From the IMG/VR virus record IMGVR_UViG_3300042997_000702, positions 1 to 46,968 of that record: DNA of 46,968 nt; one strand, written 5' to 3'. Shown piece by piece: positions 10,501 through 19,668 of the stretch; within the stretch, counting starts at the first letter, position 1, and each line of letters begins with the position of its first letter. Both the position numbers and the translations under genes were made by a program. The notes beneath the pieces were generated by a model that saw nothing but the letters and a program-made list of their open reading frames with translations, was not told the DNA's origin and made no database searches. The stretch is from a virus (lineage: Duplodnaviria > Caudoviricetes).

Positions 10501-10739
10501 CTATTAGAGTAGCTCTAATTAACATATGTAACTTACCCCGTCCAAACTTTTTAGTAATTGATGAAGGATTTGGTACTTTGGATTCTGACAATCTTTCATC
10601 CCTTTTTATGATGATGCAATATTTAAAAACTCAATTTGATTTTATTTGGATGATATCACATTTAGAACAAATGCGAGATATTGTAGATGGGCTGATAGAG
10701 ATAAAGAAAATAGATGGGTTTAGTAAGATTGATTATTAA
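7593..10739 (+). CDS. Fused Mre11/SbcD nuclease - Rad50/SbcC ATPase (gp47-gp46-like) recombination enzyme
   Basis: Metallophosphoesterase motifs ADIH, AGD, GNHD, FHG, GDIH. Then Walker A APNASGKSS, long coiled coil with CKFC zinc hook, signature CSGME, Walker B VIDEGFG and ISH. Confidence 0.92.
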   Translation: MNKLKKIFHIADIHIRNVKRHTEYRIVFEKMFEEIRKRGTDDSLIYLAGDIAHAKLELSPELVREISWLFTECSKHCETILITGNHDCNMNNSDRLDVLTPIVDALNLPNFTYLRDTQVYSIGGVDFGVFSILDKKENWPKADTLFGNKKIALFHGPIDNSTTDIGYTVSSRHFTTDIFDGYDLALLGDIHKRQELTSPTGCKIVYAGSLVQQNFGESLEKHGFLVWDLDTFKYDEVDIQNDYGYYTMDIDNGNVPIVTNMPKYPRLRVRLANTDTADTKKVITEIKQTYNVDDFTIIRTDSLSKLKTGNRLNKLDFEDASDINYQNSLINEYLQRMMPFISQSDLDGLEIINREVNSRIVNDDVYRNINWKPIKFTFSNMFSYGENNKIDFTKLGGLVGLFAPNASGKSSLFDAVSFCLYDKCSRAFKASNILNNRKNNFECKLHFQVDGIDYYIERTASTVNKGKNVKVDVKFWRMDDDRMISLNGTERRDTNQIIEQYVGRYEDFVLTALSLQGNNALFIDKSQSERKDLLAQFMGLNIFDKLYETASEDIKEVSVLIKNFKRTDFTTELAEKGNDLKNKQNELTELETELENYVIEKDTLIDGIVSLNKELSNIDVKLDIDDLERQNTQIQNDTVSLEKHRIESESKMLRYTVLLSELSQSVEQSKFINGKPIEDAKKEWDEYKNEINETEHQIELVEQSIKSNREKLSHLETHEYDPNCKFCITNVFVKDALETKTKVDEQVDILTQLGNKYQSLIQQASYISDVEEQWNELTELNSKYQQCIVIKEKTQTEINGISTKRELLNHKLQSIQTNIETYHANESTIIKNISIENEISKLEKSKNKIEIEIKNITNKISILNGSIATINSFIDTVKSKMEEVKELEEKNRLYTYYLDAVKRDGIPYELISKALPVIENEINNILAQVVDFSVMMDVDGKSINAKIVYEDQEWPLEMCSGMEKFVSGLAIRVALINICNLPRPNFLVIDEGFGTLDSDNLSSLFMMMQYLKTQFDFIWMISHLEQMRDIVDGLIEIKKIDGFSKIDY

Positions 10740-10750
10740 TAAATACAGAT

Positions 10751-11464
10751 ATGGTATCTTTAGAAGAATTTAAAAATAATGGGTATCTGTATGACAGTTT
10801 AGAAAATTATTTAGATTTAATTGATTTTAATAAATTAGTAGAATTAAAATCATTCATTGATAGCAAGAATATAAAAAGACATTCTCAATATGATTATTGG
10901 TATACATATAATAACTTATCATACGCGGAAAAAATAGTATATAATGATTTACTTATTAGAGATGATGATTTGGAAACCGCAGATTATGTGTATAAAATAG
11001 CACACCAATATCAACTTAAAAAAATAAATGAATGTAAATTTAACCCAACTTGGGTGTTTGGGACAGCTAAAGATCCTGATATAGATACAATTATACGAAG
11101 TGATTTTTTAAAAGAGTTTCAGACGAAATTTATTAAACATTATTATACACAATATGGAGATAAAATATTTGAAGGAAATACTAATTTACAATTTTATGAT
11201 GAAGGTTGTCAAATAAAATTACACGATGACGGTAAACCTATTAGTAGGATATGTGTATTTTTGTTTTTTTTAAATTCCGAATGGAATGATGAAAACGGTG
11301 GTAATTTAATACTATATACGAAAGATAATACACAAATTAAATTAAAACCAACTTTTCCAAATTTTGTTGTATTGGATAGTGATATTAACCTATATCACGA
11401 GGTAGAATTGGTAAAAAGTGATACTAAATATAATATAGTATCATTCTATTCATATAAAGATTAA
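10751..11464 (+). CDS. 2OG-Fe(II) oxygenase (prolyl-4-hydroxylase-like)
   Basis: LHDD (HxD), FFLNSEW...GGNLILY, YHEV and KYNIVSFY double-stranded beta-helix pattern. Confidence 0.85.
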   Translation: MVSLEEFKNNGYLYDSLENYLDLIDFNKLVELKSFIDSKNIKRHSQYDYWYTYNNLSYAEKIVYNDLLIRDDDLETADYVYKIAHQYQLKKINECKFNPTWVFGTAKDPDIDTIIRSDFLKEFQTKFIKHYYTQYGDKIFEGNTNLQFYDEGCQIKLHDDGKPISRICVFLFFLNSEWNDENGGNLILYTKDNTQIKLKPTFPNFVVLDSDINLYHEVELVKSDTKYNIVSFYSYKD

Positions 11465-11549
11465 GATTTCATAATATATTAATTAAATTTTTAACCAAAC
11501 TACCCATCTTAAACCCATGCTATTCATAATATTCTTTTTTTATTTGTAG

Positions 11550-11557
11550 ATATTTAT
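11550..11557 (+). promoter_or_regulatory. ATATTTAT motif, putative phage late promoter
   Basis: 23 nt before ATG 11581; heads the run of tightly packed genes 11581-21264. Confidence 0.55.
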
Positions 11558-11580
11558 TACTAACATAATATTTTATCAAA

Positions 11581-12384
11581 ATGTGTATAATAGTATCTAA
11601 AGAAATAAACAATAAATTTATTTTAGCAAAAAATAGAGATAGAGCGTATAATCCATCTTTAGAAATTATTCACACTATTATTGATGGCGTAGAAGTTGCA
11701 TATTTACATGATATGGTTACCGATTGGAGTGAGGGGATGAATGAACGTGGAATCGGTGTTGTAAATTCGGCACTATTAGTTGGACACGATGAAGCAGAGG
11801 CTAAGCTTGTAAAAAAGAAAGGAAAGGCTGGACCGGATGGTGATAAAATGCGAAATATACTCAAACAGATAGATATTGCATCCGCTATTAAGGCAGTTGT
11901 AACATATAAAGGTAAAAGTAAATTGGCACTAAAAGGTCATACATTAGTATCATCGCCAACTCAAATGGTTAGCATAGAAACTACATCTAAACATGCGCCT
12001 GAAATAAAAATAGAAAACACAAAATCGCCAGTAGTTAGAACTAATCATGGGCATGTTTTTACTGATGCGGGTTACACTAGTGGTGTAAAATATTTATCAT
12101 CTAAAATGAGGAAATTATCAGCAGAAAAGTCCGTTGATAAAATAACGAATTGGAGAGATGTATCACGTGTTATGAGAAAGGATTATTTCCCAAAAAATTC
12201 ACAATTAAATATGAGAAGACAAACCGATACAATGTGGACATCTTCGCAAACTGTAATGAATTTAACGGATAAAATACTACAAATTGTATATTTTGAAGAT
12301 AAAGTGCAGGAATTTAAAGGAGTGGTAAGTGATTTACCAGATGGATATATTCCTAAAATTAAAATTGAAATAAAGAAAATCTAA
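11581..12384 (+). CDS. N-terminal-nucleophile (Cys) hydrolase, NRDE/C45-like
   Basis: MC start (Cys2 nucleophile), LAKNRDR, EGMNERGIGVVN and VRTNH are Ntn-hydrolase motifs. Confidence 0.7.
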   Translation: MCIIVSKEINNKFILAKNRDRAYNPSLEIIHTIIDGVEVAYLHDMVTDWSEGMNERGIGVVNSALLVGHDEAEAKLVKKKGKAGPDGDKMRNILKQIDIASAIKAVVTYKGKSKLALKGHTLVSSPTQMVSIETTSKHAPEIKIENTKSPVVRTNHGHVFTDAGYTSGVKYLSSKMRKLSAEKSVDKITNWRDVSRVMRKDYFPKNSQLNMRRQTDTMWTSSQTVMNLTDKILQIVYFEDKVQEFKGVVSDLPDGYIPKIKIEIKKI

Positions 12385-12387
12385 CAG

Positions 12388-15300
12388 ATGAGTATAATAC
12401 AAAAAACATTATTTGATGAAAAGTTAGAAACTATAAATGTATTAATAAATGATGAAGATGCAAACAGTAAGTATTTTAAACTTACCGAGTTACCGGATAC
12501 ATTTACTGGTGGTAAAAACGCATTTCTTATAGCTGGTTCGCCTGAATTGGTAGCAGATACTTTAATAAAAATAGAAATTAAAGATGCTGCTGGAAATATT
12601 ATATATTATGAGCCGGGTGAAGGTATGGTTAATACCAATATAAGTGGTTCTACAAATACATCAATAATTACGGAATATTATGAAGGGGTATCTAAGGTGG
12701 TATCGGTATATGTGTATCCAGAAACTGCATACGGGCCGTGTACTCTTACAATATTAGGAGAACTTTCCGAATATGATAATAATGGGGTACGTGAACCCGT
12801 TCCATTAAATTGGGAAGGGAAATATAATGTAAAGTGGCAAAAACAAATTAATGTAAATCCATCTTTAGCGAATACAACTAAAATTCGTTTTTATAAAAGA
12901 CCAGTAGCTTCTATTACTGAAATATTATCACCAATTTATAGAATAGAAAGTGGTTTAAAAGTAGACTCCGGAACAAATCAATCTTTTGCAAATATTAAAC
13001 TTTCCAATTTAGAAACATTTGCAGGAGATGTAAAAAGGATAAAAGTATTTAGAACATCATTAGGAGATATTTCTGATTATGATATGATTCAAGATATATT
13101 AGTTGAATCAAAGGAATTATTAACAACCACCCAATTATCAGGAAGTGTAGTTGGGAACACAGGAATATTTACATCAGAAACACTTAAAAACTTTTGGAAT
13201 ACAGGTTCGTTAAATACAGAACTTACATCTAGCCGAATTGAAAGTGGATTAAAATTAAATGGTAGTGGATATTTTACATATACACAATCCTTAGATATTA
13301 AAAGTGCAAATACTTACGAATTAAATTTAGATGCGTTTTATTCATCATCTTCATCAAGTAATTTAGGAATATATTTAGCATCCGGTTCAATAAGTAGTAG
13401 TATTGGCACTCTATATGGAATTTCTCCTACTAAAAATTTATTAGATACAGTAATACCATTTAAAATATCTACGGATTATCCATCTGCAAGTTTATATTTT
13501 TCTCAATCACAGGGAGAATGGCATGTTGGTAATATTAGTTTAAAACTTTCACAAGATACTGCATTTTCTCCGGATGAGATTTCTTTTGTAACAACAATGC
13601 CAACAGTAATTGGTAATGAAACTTATAATTTCAAATTTGAATTTTATGATGTAAATAATAATTATGTACCTGTTGCAGTCACACAATCTGCAAACTTTAC
13701 GGGTGGATCAAATACATCAAATACTGTTCTTTTAATTAGTGCATCTTTATCACAATCATTAGATGCACTATATAAAGTATCGGCATCCATTAGTGGTACT
13801 ATGACCGTATATAGTTCATCTGCTGATAATACAATTGTAACATTAAGTGGTAGTGTTAGTGGTAGTATTACAACAGTTAGTGGTTCTGTATTCACTTTAA
13901 GTGGTTCGGTATCATCATCGCTTACTAATTTAAGTGCATCGTTTTCACAAAGTAATGCAACTATATTATCATCATCCTTACAAAAAGTTCAACAATTAGC
14001 AAATGGGCAATTTAGTGGTTCATTTATAGGAGATACCGTAATTTATTCACCTGCGATTGGTGGACAAGTTGGATATATAAAAGAATTATTTACAGTAGGT
14101 GATACCTCTTCTGCACAAATTAATTTAGATGCACGAACAAGTACTCGTAAAATATACATAGGAACTGGTACATATAATAACTCAAATACTTCAATTTATT
14201 TAGATAGTAGTGGACAATTTTCATTAAAGGATAAACTAACTTGGAATGGAACAAACTTATCGGTAAATGGTAGTATTACAATTACAAACCCATCAACTGC
14301 AAATAATGGAGGAGCAGTTGGTTCATTTAGTAACGGAGATGCAATAACAGGAGGTAGTATTGCAGGTGTAACAATTGCATCTAATAAAATATATATCGGT
14401 ACTGGTACATTTTCAAATTCAAATACTGCATTTTATGTGGATAATGCCGGTCAATTTTCTTTAAAAGATAAACTAACTTGGAATGGAACTACATTAGGTA
14501 TAACTGGTAATATAACTATCACCGGGGGTAATGCTGCTACAACTACGGATGTGAGTACTGCACAATCAACTGCAATATCAACCGCTTCTGGTGACGCAAC
14601 GACAAAAGCGGCTACTGCACAATCAACTGCAATATCAACTGCGGCGAGTGATGCAACTTCAAAAGCCAGTGCTGCACAATCGGCAGCAATTGCACAAGCT
14701 TCTGAATATGTAACTTCATTGGCCAATGGTGGATGGACTGCCGGTAATGGTACATTTATTACATCAACTTCAATTTCATCACCGACTATTGCAGGTAATG
14801 CCGGTTACATTAGTGGTTTATTTAAAGTGGGTAGTGGTGGTATAACATTAGACGGAACTAATAAAAAGATTTATATAGGTACAGGTACTTTTAATAATTC
14901 AAATACAGCATTTTATGTAGATAACAATAGTAATTTTTCATTAGGAAATAAACTAACATGGGATGGTGGTACATTGACTATAAATGGAAACGGTACATTT
15001 AGTGGTGCATTATCGGCAGCAACTGGTACATTTAATGGTTCTATTCGTATAGGTAGTGGTGAAAGTGTATTCACTGCAGATACGAATGGAATTTATTTAG
15101 GTAGTGAAACGTTTGGAAGTGCAGAATTTAGTGTAACGCCGGGAGGTGCTTTAAGTGCTACATCTGGTAATATTGCCGGATGGGTAATTAGTTCATCTGG
15201 TTTAAGTAAAACAACGGGAGCTTATGTATTAAAATTAGATTCTACTAATCAAAAAATCAGTATTTCAAAATCGGCAGAGACGGTAGCTGAAATTTATGAT

Positions 15301-16533
15301 GTGGTCGTGTTATCCGCAGAAGAAAATATTGAACCAATTAATACTACAAATCAAGCCGTTGGAGCGCTTGATTGGGATACTAATAGTGCGGTAGTTCAGA
15401 CCTATAATGGGTATGCAATTACATCCGAAACATATACTACTAATTTTGAAACACCCGATGGGACCGCCTTTAATACCGGATATACTGCCTCTGGATCAAT
15501 TGGATTGTTATACGCAAATGAAGAAATATATGTAGATCCTGATATTTTATTTACGGAGGCACCGGTGAACAATGTGATTCAGGTTAGTACCGTTGGTGAC
15601 TATTATGCAACTTGGCAATTGATATTAAGAGTTAGACGTTTTCCAACTGAAGCCGATGCAGCGGCACAATCAAATGCAGATGTAACCTTTGGTGATAGGC
15701 AGGTGGTAGCCGCAGAACGAATACTTGGAAATGGAATTGATGAAAAACTAGCATATGGAGCAGTGGTACAGGCAACAGGTGGCGGTGGTATAAACACGGT
15801 GGGTACTCCAGTAATATATAGGGTAGAACTTAAACAAATATGGAATGTATCCATTACTGGTGGAGATAGTAGTGATTCAGTTACATTTCAAAGACCGGGT
15901 GGTAGTAATGTAAGGGTACAATATACAAGAGTAAATAATGGATATAGTATTTTATCACCGGGAGGTTTACGAGTTTATCAGGGATTAAAAAATTATGCAA
16001 GTTTTACAACACCATCAGGATCTACCGGCGATGCTAGTAACTTTATGTTGGTTAAGGGTAAATCGGAAATAAACGGTTCATTAACTGTAACTTCTGGTTT
16101 TAGTGCAGCAAATAAACAGTTCAAAATTCAACATCCAATTGATGATAATAAATGGTTATATCATACATCCATAGAATCACCTCGTGCCGATTTGATATAT
16201 AGGGGTGTAATTGGACTTACAAATGGTAGTGGCTCGGTTTCAATTGATTCGGCATCAACTATGATGAACGGAACATATGTTGCCCTAACCAAAAATCAAC
16301 AATTATTTTTACAAAATGAAAGTGGGTTCGACAGAGTAATTGGTACGGTTATAGATGGAGTAGTTTCAATTGCATCAGAAAATCCGCTATCAACTGATAC
16401 TATAAATTGGATGGTAATTGCCGAAAGAAATGATATTCAAATTTTACAAAGCCCATTATATAATAGTGATGGCAAATATAAACCAGAACGATACAAAAGG
16501 GAATATATTGATCAACTTTATAATTCTATATGA
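12388..16533 (+). CDS. Large tail fibre / baseplate-anchored receptor-binding protein
   Basis: 1381 aa, S/T/G-rich. Three KIYIGTGT..NSNT..Y.D....FSL..KLTW repeats and an Ala/Thr coiled segment. C-terminal KQFKIQHP....WLYHTSIESPRADLIYRG resembles tail-fibre C-terminal chaperone-type domains. Confidence 0.7.
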   Translation: MSIIQKTLFDEKLETINVLINDEDANSKYFKLTELPDTFTGGKNAFLIAGSPELVADTLIKIEIKDAAGNIIYYEPGEGMVNTNISGSTNTSIITEYYEGVSKVVSVYVYPETAYGPCTLTILGELSEYDNNGVREPVPLNWEGKYNVKWQKQINVNPSLANTTKIRFYKRPVASITEILSPIYRIESGLKVDSGTNQSFANIKLSNLETFAGDVKRIKVFRTSLGDISDYDMIQDILVESKELLTTTQLSGSVVGNTGIFTSETLKNFWNTGSLNTELTSSRIESGLKLNGSGYFTYTQSLDIKSANTYELNLDAFYSSSSSSNLGIYLASGSISSSIGTLYGISPTKNLLDTVIPFKISTDYPSASLYFSQSQGEWHVGNISLKLSQDTAFSPDEISFVTTMPTVIGNETYNFKFEFYDVNNNYVPVAVTQSANFTGGSNTSNTVLLISASLSQSLDALYKVSASISGTMTVYSSSADNTIVTLSGSVSGSITTVSGSVFTLSGSVSSSLTNLSASFSQSNATILSSSLQKVQQLANGQFSGSFIGDTVIYSPAIGGQVGYIKELFTVGDTSSAQINLDARTSTRKIYIGTGTYNNSNTSIYLDSSGQFSLKDKLTWNGTNLSVNGSITITNPSTANNGGAVGSFSNGDAITGGSIAGVTIASNKIYIGTGTFSNSNTAFYVDNAGQFSLKDKLTWNGTTLGITGNITITGGNAATTTDVSTAQSTAISTASGDATTKAATAQSTAISTAASDATSKASAAQSAAIAQASEYVTSLANGGWTAGNGTFITSTSISSPTIAGNAGYISGLFKVGSGGITLDGTNKKIYIGTGTFNNSNTAFYVDNNSNFSLGNKLTWDGGTLTINGNGTFSGALSAATGTFNGSIRIGSGESVFTADTNGIYLGSETFGSAEFSVTPGGALSATSGNIAGWVISSSGLSKTTGAYVLKLDSTNQKISISKSAETVAEIYDVVVLSAEENIEPINTTNQAVGALDWDTNSAVVQTYNGYAITSETYTTNFETPDGTAFNTGYTASGSIGLLYANEEIYVDPDILFTEAPVNNVIQVSTVGDYYATWQLILRVRRFPTEADAAAQSNADVTFGDRQVVAAERILGNGIDEKLAYGAVVQATGGGGINTVGTPVIYRVELKQIWNVSITGGDSSDSVTFQRPGGSNVRVQYTRVNNGYSILSPGGLRVYQGLKNYASFTTPSGSTGDASNFMLVKGKSEINGSLTVTSGFSAANKQFKIQHPIDDNKWLYHTSIESPRADLIYRGVIGLTNGSGSVSIDSASTMMNGTYVALTKNQQLFLQNESGFDRVIGTVIDGVVSIASENPLSTDTINWMVIAERNDIQILQSPLYNSDGKYKPERYKREYIDQLYNSI
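14149..14970 (+). repeat. Three ~35-aa intragenic repeats in the tail fibre (14149-14253, 14386-14490, 14866-14970)
   Basis: Visible in both protein and DNA, e.g. gataaactaacttggaatggaac occurs twice. Confidence 0.85.
14556..14694 (+). repeat. 57-nt-period tandem repeat (TAQSTAISTA..DAT.KA)
   Basis: tactgcacaatcaactgcaatatcaac is identical at 14556 and 14613, with a degenerate third copy near 14671. Confidence 0.85.
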
Positions 16534-17504
16534 CGGTATTTATTACAACAGGTTACGGAAAAAATGTTATAGGTGGTTCTGATATATGGTGTAACAACTT
16601 TATGGAGAATATATTACCATTAATTACAGAAGATTATAAAATTATAGTCGATGGTAGACCTTTATTACCAGAAGAAGGAGCAATTTATACTTTTGGAAAC
16701 GATGAAGAAATAGACAGGATATTAAATGAATGTGATAAGATTGTGTTCTTGCATCATTCTTACAAACCAAATCCTATAATCAAAAAGTATCTTCACAAAA
16801 CTCATACAACTTTTGTTCATGCTTTCATTCCCGATATGGTTGGGTTAAATGATGAGTATGAAAACCTAATGACCCGTTTAGATTGGCATTGGCAAAAAGA
16901 TATTTTAGATAATTCCGATAATATTATTTGGATTGGATATGAGAAGGATACAATACATACTTACTATCCAAACACTATTACTATTCCAAATTACTATGAA
17001 TGGAAACATAACAAACCATTTTTTGAAATAATTAGTAATCGAGTAGGATATGCAGCAAGATGTGAAACCCGAAAGAATGCACACTATTTAGATGCAATAC
17101 CTGCTTTTATATTTAGTAACAAATACGATTATAAACGAATGTTAGAGGGTAGTAAAATAAACGCATCCGTACATACATTCATAGAATTTGATTATCGTTT
17201 TCATAATAAGTTTTTTGAAAAGAATTTCCAAATATTTCACGGAGCTTATACAAAAGAACCATTTGGGTATGCAATATTTGACGCAATTGATAATGGTAAA
17301 TTACCCATATTAGATGGTAGTTGGATGAAAGATATTAAATACAGATATAGAGCAATAAATAAAAAACAATTTCATTATCAGTATTTAAGAATATTAGAAG
17401 ATGGATTTGATAAAAATAAAAAACAATTCGATAGATTAAAAAAAGGATTAGAAAAATTTACTAATAAACAAAAATGGGTTACTGAAATATTAAACATAAT
17501 ATGA
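16530..17504 (+). CDS. Glycosyltransferase, GT-B fold (GT4-like)
   Basis: N-terminal IGGSD loop, GYAARCETRKN, and EPFGYAIFDAIDNGKLPI (E-x7-E/D motif). ATGA overlap with the tail-fibre stop. Confidence 0.75.
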   Translation: MTVFITTGYGKNVIGGSDIWCNNFMENILPLITEDYKIIVDGRPLLPEEGAIYTFGNDEEIDRILNECDKIVFLHHSYKPNPIIKKYLHKTHTTFVHAFIPDMVGLNDEYENLMTRLDWHWQKDILDNSDNIIWIGYEKDTIHTYYPNTITIPNYYEWKHNKPFFEIISNRVGYAARCETRKNAHYLDAIPAFIFSNKYDYKRMLEGSKINASVHTFIEFDYRFHNKFFEKNFQIFHGAYTKEPFGYAIFDAIDNGKLPILDGSWMKDIKYRYRAINKKQFHYQYLRILEDGFDKNKKQFDRLKKGLEKFTNKQKWVTEILNII

Positions 17505-18838
17505 AATATATAAACTTACTAGCTAATCCGTATGAATTACACACATTATTTCCAACTGCAAAGCTAATTAAATATAAAAAAATAAATCAAAATTTTAATT
17601 ATATACAATTGGAATCTACAAATGAAATAGTTGAAGTAAATCATTATATTGAAAATCCATACGAAAAGTTAAAAAATTTAAAAAATATATTAAATGAAAA
17701 TTCTTTATATTTAAATCCTACTGAAAATTTAACAATAGTATGTGATAGAAAATTGTGGCAAGATTTATATTTACCACTGTTAAAATCATATCCTAAAATA
17801 TTCTACGAATTAGAAAAACGGTATGTTGAAAAGAATACAACAGTATTTTTTAATTTTGCATTTTTGGAAGCAGTTGATTATGAAATGTATGAAACCTATT
17901 TTTTGTATGATTTTAAATTTAAAAATATAAAAATTACAGATTATGAATTATTTGAAGGAAAAACTGGATTCTATTACGATTCCTTTTATTGCCTATATCA
18001 TTTAATTGCCGAATCACAGATGAGAGATGTTTTATATCCTAGTTTAAAACACAGTGTATCAAATTACCATTATGATTTTAAAAAAACATTTGAAAACTTT
18101 AATATAAATAGTAGGTTAGAAAAACCATTTATATATTCACACTTTGCATTAAAACCCCGATATCACCGGGTTAAATTTTTAATAGAAGCAAATAAACATA
18201 ATATATTACAATTTGGAATTAATAACATAAATGAAAAGTTTTTTGATGAGTATTCTCAAATGATAAAAGAAGGACTCATTTATACCGATAATACAACCAA
18301 GCATAGTAAGAATCATTTAAAATATTTTAATAAAGAAACATACAATCAATTTATTAAATTAAAAAACAAAATAACGCTAACTAAAGATGAGCCATCGATT
18401 TTATATGACCATTTAAGAAATTATTTTATAGATAATGAATGGGATACATCCTATATAGAAATTGTGGGTGAAACCCATTGTATATTTGATTTAAAATATG
18501 GATTCTTTACTGAAAAATCAATAAAGCCAATACTGTCTGAAAAGTTTTCTATGATATATGGTTCTAATAAAATATACAGTGAATGTAAAAAATTAGGAAT
18601 TGATTTGTTTGTAGATGATTTTGGATTAAATGGCATTGAAAATGCAGATGAATTAATTCAAATAGATATGATTATAAATTGTTTAAAAAATACAAATGCA
18701 GAGTTTTTACAAGATTTGTATATAAAAAAATACAATACAATTAAGAAAAATAAAGAAATAATGATTAACCACTTTTGTAAAATAATGAATAATATTAATG
18801 TGTTATTATTAGAAAATAAAAAAAATAAATTAATATGA
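17501..18838 (+). CDS. Putative glycosyltransferase (GT10-like C-terminal fold), paralogue 1 of 3
   Basis: PRYHR and SYIEIVGET...FFTEKSIKPI, shared with 31221 and 37315; reminiscent of the fucosyltransferase Y-x-T/S-EK motif. Confidence 0.45.
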   Translation: MKYINLLANPYELHTLFPTAKLIKYKKINQNFNYIQLESTNEIVEVNHYIENPYEKLKNLKNILNENSLYLNPTENLTIVCDRKLWQDLYLPLLKSYPKIFYELEKRYVEKNTTVFFNFAFLEAVDYEMYETYFLYDFKFKNIKITDYELFEGKTGFYYDSFYCLYHLIAESQMRDVLYPSLKHSVSNYHYDFKKTFENFNINSRLEKPFIYSHFALKPRYHRVKFLIEANKHNILQFGINNINEKFFDEYSQMIKEGLIYTDNTTKHSKNHLKYFNKETYNQFIKLKNKITLTKDEPSILYDHLRNYFIDNEWDTSYIEIVGETHCIFDLKYGFFTEKSIKPILSEKFSMIYGSNKIYSECKKLGIDLFVDDFGLNGIENADELIQIDMIINCLKNTNAEFLQDLYIKKYNTIKKNKEIMINHFCKIMNNINVLLLENKKNKLI

Positions 18839-19668
18839 TATTAATAAATGGTTGTTCTTTTACGGCAGAAGGTGGGTATGCTACGACATGGGTTAATGGT
18901 ATTAGAGATAACGGATACAGTGTCATAAATGTAGCAGCGGGTGGCGCAAGTAATACTATGATACGCAGGAAGGTTTACCATTATTTGTTTAATAATATTT
19001 ATAATATTGAGAGTGAATACCATATAGATTATGCAATAATTCAATGGAGTACGATAGATAGATGGGATTATCCAGTTTTAGTAGATTATGAAAAATCAAA
19101 AATGTTTCCAAGAGTAAGTAGTTATCCTGAACGTTTAAATACAATAAACTATATGTGCAATGGAACGGATACATTAGGCTATGCTAAAGATTTCTATGAA
19201 AGATATTATTCGGTATATGGTGCAGTTTTAGAAACTTTAGAAAATATATATCATACACAACAGTATTTAAAAACTGCAAATGTTCCATATAAAATGATTA
19301 CAATTGGTAATATTTTTGGAATGGATGTCACAATTGATAAATTGAATTATTTGCAAAGTGGTAATATTAATGGTAACTATAATGAATTAAAAGTAGGTAG
19401 TATATTTTCAATGTTGGAAAAATATGATAGTTCTTGGTATGAATTAGATATAATAAAACCATTATTACAAAAAATAGATTTTTCAAAATTTATATTTACC
19501 GATGATACTAATATAAGTGGATTTGGTGGAGGAATAATTGAATGGTTTGCAAATAAAAATGAAATATTAGTAGGAGGTGGTGGACATCCATCCGAAGAAC
19601 AACACTCTAGATTTTTTAAAGAGTTTTTATGGGATAAAATAAAAAATGAGTTATATGCAATTACTTAA
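18835..19668 (+). CDS. SGNH/GDSL-like acyl esterase or transferase, paralogue 1 of 3
   Basis: ILINGCSFT (block I), NVAAGGASN (block II), IIQWS, C-terminal HPSEEQH. Confidence 0.6.
   Translation: MILINGCSFTAEGGYATTWVNGIRDNGYSVINVAAGGASNTMIRRKVYHYLFNNIYNIESEYHIDYAIIQWSTIDRWDYPVLVDYEKSKMFPRVSSYPERLNTINYMCNGTDTLGYAKDFYERYYSVYGAVLETLENIYHTQQYLKTANVPYKMITIGNIFGMDVTIDKLNYLQSGNINGNYNELKVGSIFSMLEKYDSSWYELDIIKPLLQKIDFSKFIFTDDTNISGFGGGIIEWFANKNEILVGGGGHPSEEQHSRFFKEFLWDKIKNELYAIT

Noticed and set aside
11483-11527. 14-codon minus-strand ORF (MNSMGLRWVVWLKI) in the largest intergenic gap
   Set aside because: Too short to support; it could be chance or a gene remnant, and no convincing RNA structure was seen there.
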